Positions 26,801 through 32,000 of a DNA stretch of 32,000 nucleotides are shown in pieces. This DNA comes from Nostoc punctiforme PCC 73102 (GTDB lineage Bacteria; Cyanobacteriota; Cyanobacteriia; Cyanobacteriales; Nostocaceae). The stretch is from the NCBI RefSeq assembly GCF_000020025.1, contig NC_010628.1, positions 7,410,001 to 7,442,000 of the forward strand. Reading direction: 5' to 3'. The position numbers were made by a program, and so were the translations under genes. Under the pieces are notes generated by a model, which was given only the letters and a program-made list of their open reading frames with translations, ran no database searches and was not told the DNA's origin. Each line of letters opens with the position of its first letter. The stretch's first letter is position 1.

Positions 26801-29745
26801 CAGGCATACCGGAAATTACTGCCTTAAATCTCAACGTCCAAGCGCAGAATTACAACTTAAAACAGTTACCGATCAATTTTCCTAATCAGGTTGCTGTGGC
26901 GGGTAGAGTCGATTTTAATGGACAAGTCACTGGTAAGCTGCCCTTGCCAAATGTGGTAGGACAAATTAATTTACGAGACTTAGTTGTTCAAGATATTGCT
27001 TTTGAGCCGTTGTTAACTGGAAACATTGATTCAGCCCAGGGACGCGGTTTAAATTTGAACTTGGCGGGTAATCGCGATCGCTTGGCCTTTAATTTAGATG
27101 CCAATAATCGCCCGAAATCCTTCTTAGTAAAATGGCAGGAAGCATCAGCCACAGGTAATGTTCAAGGGAATGATTGGGCGCTAAAAGTTGCAAATTTCCC
27201 CTTACAAATATTGAATTTAACTCCGCCACCAATTACTCGATTGGGCGCTGGTAAGATAGCTGGGTTGTTAACTGGGGATTTGCTGTTTAATCAGCAGACA
27301 TTAGCAACAACGGGGAATTTAGCGATCGCTAATCCGCAAATTGGCTGGGTTAAAGGCGATCGAATAGCTGCTCAATTCCGCTACGGTAACGGGAAAGGCA
27401 CACTCACCAACAGCGAATTTGTCAAAGGTAAAAGTAGCTACGCCCTTGTCGGTACGTTTGCCCAAAGCTCTAAAGGACCTCAACTACAAGGTAAACTGAA
27501 CGTCAGCCAGGGAGAGATCCAAGATATTTTAGCTTTAACACAGATATTTGATTTACAAAATTTGCCAGGTGGTTCAGCAGCAATCTACGGCACAGCAGAG
27601 GATCTAAACACTACCCCCCAAGGAGTACCAAATCAACCCTTATTAACCCAAATCCAACGGTTTTCTGAAATTGAAACTTTGGTAGCAGAACAGCAAGAAC
27701 AGCGACTTAACTCCACTCCAATACCAGATTTGGCAGACTTAAAGGGGACTTTCAACGGGGAAGTGGCTGTAAATACAGCTACAGCCAATGGATTATCAGT
27801 GGATTTTAATTTGAATGGACAAAACTTCACTTGGGGTAAAAAGGAAGAACGAAATCGTTATTATACTGCTGACAAAGTGATTGCCGAAGGCAACTTTGAA
27901 AATGGTGTTTTGAGTTTGCGACCTTTACGAATCGAATCTCAAAACAGGTTGGTTGCCTTTACGGGTAACGTTGGTGGTGATGAACAATCTGGCCAGTTAC
28001 GGGTGAATAATTTTCCGGTGCAACTACTAAATAATTTTGTAAAACTGCCAGTTGGAATTACAGGTAATCTTAATGGTACAGCAGCTTTAGCAGGTAGCAT
28101 TGCTAATCCCCAAGCTAGAGGGGAATTGCAAATTACAGACGGATTATTGAATCAGAAAGCAATAGAATCAGCAAGGGCAAGTTTCAGCTATGCCAACGGA
28201 CGCTTAAACTTTGGTAGTACTGTAGCAGTTGCAGGGCCAAAACCTGTTGATATTACTGGCAGTATCCCTTATAAATTGCCTTTTGCAACCGTTGCACCAG
28301 ACAGTGAACAGATCAGTTTGGATGTGAAGTTAGAAAACGAGGGATTGGGACTGTTAAACGCATTGACTAATCAAGTAGTTTTTGAAAAAGGTGAAGGAGA
28401 AGTAGACCTTAAGGTACGCGGAACATTGCAAAAACCCCAAGTTGAGGGAATTGCTACTGTTAATAATGCTACTTTTTCAGCTCAGGCATTACCAGGTAAG
28501 CTGAGACGTGTCACAGGTAAAGTACTGTTTAATTTTGACAGCATCTTAGTAGAAAATCTTCAGGGTAGATTTAGCCGTGGGAAAGTGGAAGCTGCTGGAG
28601 AAATTCCCATTTTCAACAATCAGAACGTGAGTATCACCAATCCCCTAACCGTTAATCTCGATCAGCTAGCCTTAAATCTCAAGGGACTTTACCAAGGAGG
28701 CGCTAGCGGCAATTTGCAGATTACTGGTTCTGCCCTTAACCCAGCGATTGGCGGTAAAGTAAGTTTATTTGACGGTCAGGTATTGCTGGCAGAATCTACC
28801 GATGCGACTTCATCTGCAAATAGTAGTCTCGGTGTATCACCCACAAAAGAGAATAAACAGAGTAAAGCTGAAATTGAAAATGGCAAGGGAAATGCGTTGG
28901 CTCAAGGCTTGCCGTCAGGTATCGCTAGATTTAATAATCTAGATTTAGAACTCGGTAAAAATGTCCAAATTACCCGTCCCCCTATTCTCAACTTCCGCGC
29001 CACTGGTAATCTCATCGTTAACGGCTCGATCAATCAGCCCGTACCCAATGGTACTATCCAGTTAGAACAAGGAGGGGTGAATTTATTTACTACCCAATTT
29101 AATCTTGCTCGTGGCTATAAACACACTGCAACTTTTAGTCCCTCTGAACCCCGCGACCCCAACTTAGATATTCGCCTATTTGCCAAAGTACTGGACGTAA
29201 CTCAAAGTAATGACTTCGGTAAAGTAAATTCCACAGGTTTATCAGCCTTAGAGAGTGTTCGAGTCGAAGCTACTATCAACGGTTTAGCCAGCAAACTCAA
29301 TGAAAATCTAGAATTAACAAGCAGTCCGTCACGTAGTCAAACCGAAATTGTTGCTCTTTTAGGAGGTGGATTTGTAGACACCCAAGGACGTGGTGACAGT
29401 ACTTTGGGACTGATTAACATTGCAGGTTCGGCTGTGTTCAATAATTTTCAGTCTGCTTTTAACCAGATTGGGAGTACCTTTGGCTTAAGTGAACTGCGGA
29501 TATTCCCTACCGTTATTTCTGAGAATCCCGAAGCTGGAAGGAGCAGTTCAACTTTGGAATTAGCAGCCGAGGCTGGGGTCGATATTTCTACCAAAATATC
29601 TGTTTCTAGTATTAAGATTTTGACAACAAATGATCCCTTCCAATGGGGTGTTAATTACCGGATAAACGATGAATTTCGTGTGCGTGCTTCCACTAATTTA
29701 ACTGATGATAGTCGTGCAGTAGTGGAGTATCAAACGCGGTTTTAA
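23812..29745 (+). CDS. tamB: TamB-like translocation and assembly module protein (DUF490 C-terminus; cyanobacterial counterpart of plant TIC236)
   Basis: It is 1977 aa with a single N-terminal TM anchor (LWLLVLSRGSIALSGLLLLGVIIGIW). The body is long, beta-rich, G/N/Q/V-rich and repetitive. The C-terminal region (...LRIFPTVISE...FQWGVNYRINDEFRVRASTNL...EYQTRF) is typical of DUF490/TamB ends. Confidence 0.75.
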   Translation: MTKSPHQDIHSPSPIRKRLWLLVLSRGSIALSGLLLLGVIIGIWRLWTFVQTELTPLAQQSLTTTLNRPVKLGKVTQFSLTGVQFGASAIPATPTDLDRATVESVEVGFNPLQLIFNRHLKLDVTLVNPDIYIQQDEQGRWVSTSIASSGGGGAIKTDLDYLRFRNAKLALMPQERGREAGEAGEGISSASPTSPVTFSQLNGSAQLLANNQLIRFEVGGQADSGGNISIEGETRSKVLAGNFQVKAQDLLAADITRLIKLPVNLQAGRANGDLLIRLTPGQQTLLYGNAAVQGVTLQIPKVPQLLSNSQGNLRFQGTELQLNNVTTNYGKIPVVATGIIDTQAGFKLAGRVNAVSLANAQETLKVKLPVPIAGQVQADLQITGSTKEPIISASVATIQTARIDKVDFNSISSKFELVTSSSSSLITLKDIQGKAKVGGDITGAGTIQLGKTPRLDLNFAAKNVPGDAIAKVYETTPAFQIGNVSATAQLTGAPTNVQTSVQFQAPNGTYPGTGEVAIGSDRNVSFRNVALNVSGGTVRATGSYLNERWQAVAVASGVKLEPFVDKSQLQNVSLADAQFNGRLILSGNTAPFKIATIRTDGAGVQIGGGTVAVSNVQLQDQSFSAQLVANGVRLGQILKQSPPALNNPLAGTFQIAGNRDNFSLKTLRGTGEGSLAIGGGKVTAKNIQVANGVYQAQVQAKNVPVQQLAKVPKQFQGALTGQFDVAGSVDSFKPETIQASGQARVNVAGGTITAKNIQVANGVYQAQVQAKNVPVRQLAAVPPQFRGTLTGQVNVAGSVESFQPKAIQAMGQVRVNVAGGTITASNIQVANGVYQAQVQANNVPLQQLAAVPPQFRGTLTGQANVAGSVESFQPQTIQASGQGRLDVAGGTIAASNIQLANGRYQAVVNADGVELNRFNQQLRGQFGGQLQLAGNVGSSKLADVRAAGQVQLSQGLPGLEQPLTAAIAWSGERLTIERATAPGLSVSGSILANAKKAGIPEITALNLNVQAQNYNLKQLPINFPNQVAVAGRVDFNGQVTGKLPLPNVVGQINLRDLVVQDIAFEPLLTGNIDSAQGRGLNLNLAGNRDRLAFNLDANNRPKSFLVKWQEASATGNVQGNDWALKVANFPLQILNLTPPPITRLGAGKIAGLLTGDLLFNQQTLATTGNLAIANPQIGWVKGDRIAAQFRYGNGKGTLTNSEFVKGKSSYALVGTFAQSSKGPQLQGKLNVSQGEIQDILALTQIFDLQNLPGGSAAIYGTAEDLNTTPQGVPNQPLLTQIQRFSEIETLVAEQQEQRLNSTPIPDLADLKGTFNGEVAVNTATANGLSVDFNLNGQNFTWGKKEERNRYYTADKVIAEGNFENGVLSLRPLRIESQNRLVAFTGNVGGDEQSGQLRVNNFPVQLLNNFVKLPVGITGNLNGTAALAGSIANPQARGELQITDGLLNQKAIESARASFSYANGRLNFGSTVAVAGPKPVDITGSIPYKLPFATVAPDSEQISLDVKLENEGLGLLNALTNQVVFEKGEGEVDLKVRGTLQKPQVEGIATVNNATFSAQALPGKLRRVTGKVLFNFDSILVENLQGRFSRGKVEAAGEIPIFNNQNVSITNPLTVNLDQLALNLKGLYQGGASGNLQITGSALNPAIGGKVSLFDGQVLLAESTDATSSANSSLGVSPTKENKQSKAEIENGKGNALAQGLPSGIARFNNLDLELGKNVQITRPPILNFRATGNLIVNGSINQPVPNGTIQLEQGGVNLFTTQFNLARGYKHTATFSPSEPRDPNLDIRLFAKVLDVTQSNDFGKVNSTGLSALESVRVEATINGLASKLNENLELTSSPSRSQTEIVALLGGGFVDTQGRGDSTLGLINIAGSAVFNNFQSAFNQIGSTFGLSELRIFPTVISENPEAGRSSSTLELAAEAGVDISTKISVSSIKILTTNDPFQWGVNYRINDEFRVRASTNLTDDSRAVVEYQTRF
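25846..26475 (+). repeat. Three near-identical in-frame 210-bp (70-codon) tandem repeats inside the TamB-like gene, flanked by diverged copies
   Basis: Units start at about 25846, 26056 and 26266. Positions 25856-25927 are identical to 26066-26137 (72 bp). Positions 26140-26188 are identical to 26350-26398 (49 bp). Diverged units lie at about 25636-25845 and 26476-26685. Confidence 0.95.
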
Positions 29746-29895
29746 ATTATGTGTTTTATTGTGCAGACTTATTTACATTCTAATTAAGCTGCATAAAAGC
29801 TTAAAATTACGCAACAAGCAATGCCCTCAAGCACTGGTAACTAAGAATGCAAATTTTTGTATCAGTTTTCAATATTTCTGAAATTAAGTAAATAT

Positions 29896-30825
29896 TCAGA
29901 TTGTGATATTATCTCCACCCTCTTGATTGATAACTAATCGCAAAATTGATAACCCTAAAATTATCAAAAATAGGACTAAACCAATTGTGCAAGCATAGCT
30001 GATTTCTAAGTTACCAAAAGCTTGCTCATATAGGTAATAAACAATCGTTTTTGAGCTACTGAGCGGTCCCCCTTGGGTCATAATGTATACTTCTTCAAAA
30101 ACTTTGGTTGCAGAAATAGCTGAAATCACCGCTACTAATGCTAAATATGGCTTCATCAAAGGTATGGTAATATCCCAATGTTTGCTGATACCATCGGAAC
30201 CATCGATCGCAGCAGCTTCGTATACATCAGCAGGAATTGATTGCAACCCTGCTAAATAAATCACCATATAGTAGCCTAGTCCCTTCCACACAGTGACAGC
30301 CATAACGCTGGCCAGAGAAATTGGTATAATGCCAAAAATTTTCGCTGGGCTAGTTAGCCAAGGAATACCTTCTGGAAAAAGCCCCAAAGCTTTTAGGAAT
30401 TGATTCAGTAATCCGTTTTCTGCATACAGCCATTTCCAAGCTATTCCTGCAACCACCATTGAAATCACTACTGGGGTGTAGTAGGCTGCTCTAAACCAAT
30501 TCATCCCCCGCAGTTTCTGATTTACCAAAATTGCCAGCAATAAGGGAGCAATTACCAAAATTGGGACTACGCCCACAAGATATAAAAAAGTGTTTTCTAA
30601 GGTTTTCCAAAAAACTGCATCCTTCCAAAGTTTAAGAAAGTTGGCTAAACCTATCCATTGTGGCGGCTGGGCGATATCTTCATAGCTAGTAAAGCTGAGG
30701 TAAAACGCTTGCAGCGCAGGCAACAAGACTGTTAACCCCAAAAGAACCAAGGCGGGTAGTAAAAATAAATAGGGGGTAAGTCGCTGTTTGATAAAGATCC
30801 AATTTTTAGGTGTCAATTGATTCAT
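29896..30825 (-). CDS. Carbohydrate-type ABC transporter permease (MalF/UgpA/LacF-like)
   Basis: It has six hydrophobic segments and the EAA loop VYEAAAIDGSDGISKHWDITIPLMKP. No partner ABC genes are adjacent. Confidence 0.8.
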   Translation of the reverse strand: MNQLTPKNWIFIKQRLTPYLFLLPALVLLGLTVLLPALQAFYLSFTSYEDIAQPPQWIGLANFLKLWKDAVFWKTLENTFLYLVGVVPILVIAPLLLAILVNQKLRGMNWFRAAYYTPVVISMVVAGIAWKWLYAENGLLNQFLKALGLFPEGIPWLTSPAKIFGIIPISLASVMAVTVWKGLGYYMVIYLAGLQSIPADVYEAAAIDGSDGISKHWDITIPLMKPYLALVAVISAISATKVFEEVYIMTQGGPLSSSKTIVYYLYEQAFGNLEISYACTIGLVLFLIILGLSILRLVINQEGGDNITI

Positions 30826-30947
30826 ATAAGGTCTAATAATTGTTTTTCCTTTGTCAGCAATAATTTGGGGATGTGAGTAGATTTAAGCTTCAATATTCTA
30901 AAGGCATATATTTGCAATCTGCTGTCATAACTCAGAGATAAACGACG

Positions 30948-31610
30948 ATGGAAACTCAGCACAACCCGCCAATTGAACATCAAAATGTCCCCATAAACCA
31001 CCGTGGGCTACATGAATTTTTGTATAGTTCCGATGACGAACACACTGCCATTGAGGTGAGTATAACCCCTGAGCTGGCAAACAATGGTACTGAAATCATT
31101 GGACTTGAGACTTGGAGTGCATCTGCTCAGAACGCTAAAATTGCAGGTGTTTACTCAGTATTAGATGCAGAACGCCGCGTGCAGTACATTGGCTATTCTC
31201 GAAATGTGTTACTTTCCCTAAACGGCCATGTCACCCAAAATGGTCAGCAAAAGTGTGCTTTTGTGCGCGTGCAAGCATTCAAGTTCCCCAAGCGTCAAGA
31301 TATGGAAGACTTGCGAGATGCGTGGATAGCAGAACTCGAAACCACACCACCTGGTAATGCGTCCGAAAGCGAAATGTGGGCTAGTACAGTAGGGGAAGCT
31401 GCAAAGGCGGTAATGTCGGAGGCGGAACGTCAAGCATACGAGGAGAAAAAGCTAAAACTGCGGAAAGCAATGGCTGACACCACCCTTTCTAAAGAGTCAG
31501 AAACAATAGATACGAATATAGCCGAACGTCAGCGTCAACTTGAAGCTGCTGTGACAAATGATGACTGGAGTGTAATTATCGACGCACAGACCCAAGAAAC
31601 CAAGTCTTAG
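30948..31610 (+). CDS. Hypothetical protein with a GIY-YIG-like N-terminal module and an acidic/coiled C-terminal tail
   Basis: AGVYSVLDAERRVQYIGYSRNVLLSLNGH has GVY-(10 aa)-YIG spacing followed by Arg, as in the GIY-YIG fold. The rest is unrecognised. Confidence 0.4.
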   Translation: METQHNPPIEHQNVPINHRGLHEFLYSSDDEHTAIEVSITPELANNGTEIIGLETWSASAQNAKIAGVYSVLDAERRVQYIGYSRNVLLSLNGHVTQNGQQKCAFVRVQAFKFPKRQDMEDLRDAWIAELETTPPGNASESEMWASTVGEAAKAVMSEAERQAYEEKKLKLRKAMADTTLSKESETIDTNIAERQRQLEAAVTNDDWSVIIDAQTQETKS

Positions 31611-31867
31611 GATGAGTGTTCAGTCTTCTTGTTATTTCCCCACTTGGATACCCCACTCTCTAAAGGGATGGGGTATTTAAGTGTAAGTGTTTAGATGAAT
31701 ATTTTTGCCGACGCAGCTTTAGGGATCTATCTGAAGGTAGTTTTTGACTTACCATCATTTTTTTTTATCATTTTGAAAAAAAACAATATTTGCTCCTATC
31801 GTTTAAGCAGCGTAAATTAAAAGTCATCAGGATAAATGCAGACAGAAATAACGCCAACAGGTGCAAT

Positions 31868-32000
31868 ATGAATCCATTCAAAAAAGTATCGTCTAACAAT
31901 GTTGATGCAAAAGTAGTTCAAAAACCTCAGGTTGTGGAGATACAACCAGCAGCACAGAATACTTCTACTCAAGAACTGACTCGCGGACAACGCCTTGCTG
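31868..32000 (+). CDS. 5' end of an unidentified ORF running off the window
   Basis: An ATG at 31868 opens MNPFKKVSSNNVDAKVVQKPQVVEIQPAAQNTSTQELTRGQRLA with no stop before the window end. It is too short to identify. Confidence 0.3.
   Translation, partial: MNPFKKVSSNNVDAKVVQKPQVVEIQPAAQNTSTQELTRGQRLA

Noticed and set aside
31648-31676. Hairpin ATACCCCA-N13-TGGGGTAT after the GIY-YIG-like gene, as a terminator
   Set aside because: It is an 8-bp stem with a 13-nt loop and only two T residues following, so it is too weak to call.

Overview
This 32-kb window looks like chromosome from a filamentous Nostoc/Anabaena-type cyanobacterium. The evidence is dense HIP1 palindromes (GCGATCGC), STRR-like heptamer arrays at gene junctions, and the gene content. 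I support about 20 protein genes. On the + strand at the left there are two sensor kinases (the first has a DXCF-type cyanobacteriochrome-like GAF domain), an aromatic-amino-acid-type permease, and an RNase HI with a long C-terminal extension. A CruF-like/GT2 (CruG-like) carotenoid-glycoside pair follows on the - strand. Next come a PotD/PotB-like ABC pair and a Uma2-family gene. A complete Pix/Ptx-type phototaxis chemosensory locus then occupies 11.1-21.6 kb on the - strand. It comprises a PatA-type response regulator, CheY, CheW, a soluble MCP with one degenerate plus three Cys-His GAF domains, and a CheA-REC hybrid. After it come murQ, a DUF3110 gene, a 1977-aa TamB/TIC236-like protein, an orphan sugar ABC permease, a GIY-YIG-like hypothetical, and a partial ORF at the right edge. 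I saw no rRNA, tRNA, CRISPR array, transposase/integrase or recognisable defence system. I did not find a convincing, wholly novel multi-gene system. The most unusual items are:
- A four-helix-bundle pseudogene with four in-frame stops, bracketed by a perfect 17-bp inverted repeat, that fills the pixJ-pixL gap.
- An ~810-bp AT-rich non-coding spacer that splits the pix locus.
- Near-identical 210-bp tandem repeats with mosaic identity inside the TamB-like gene.
- An RNase HI fused to an HTH-like C-terminal domain.
- A DXCF GAF domain coupled to a HisKA_2 kinase.
All functional calls come from motif recognition by eye. No database search was run.
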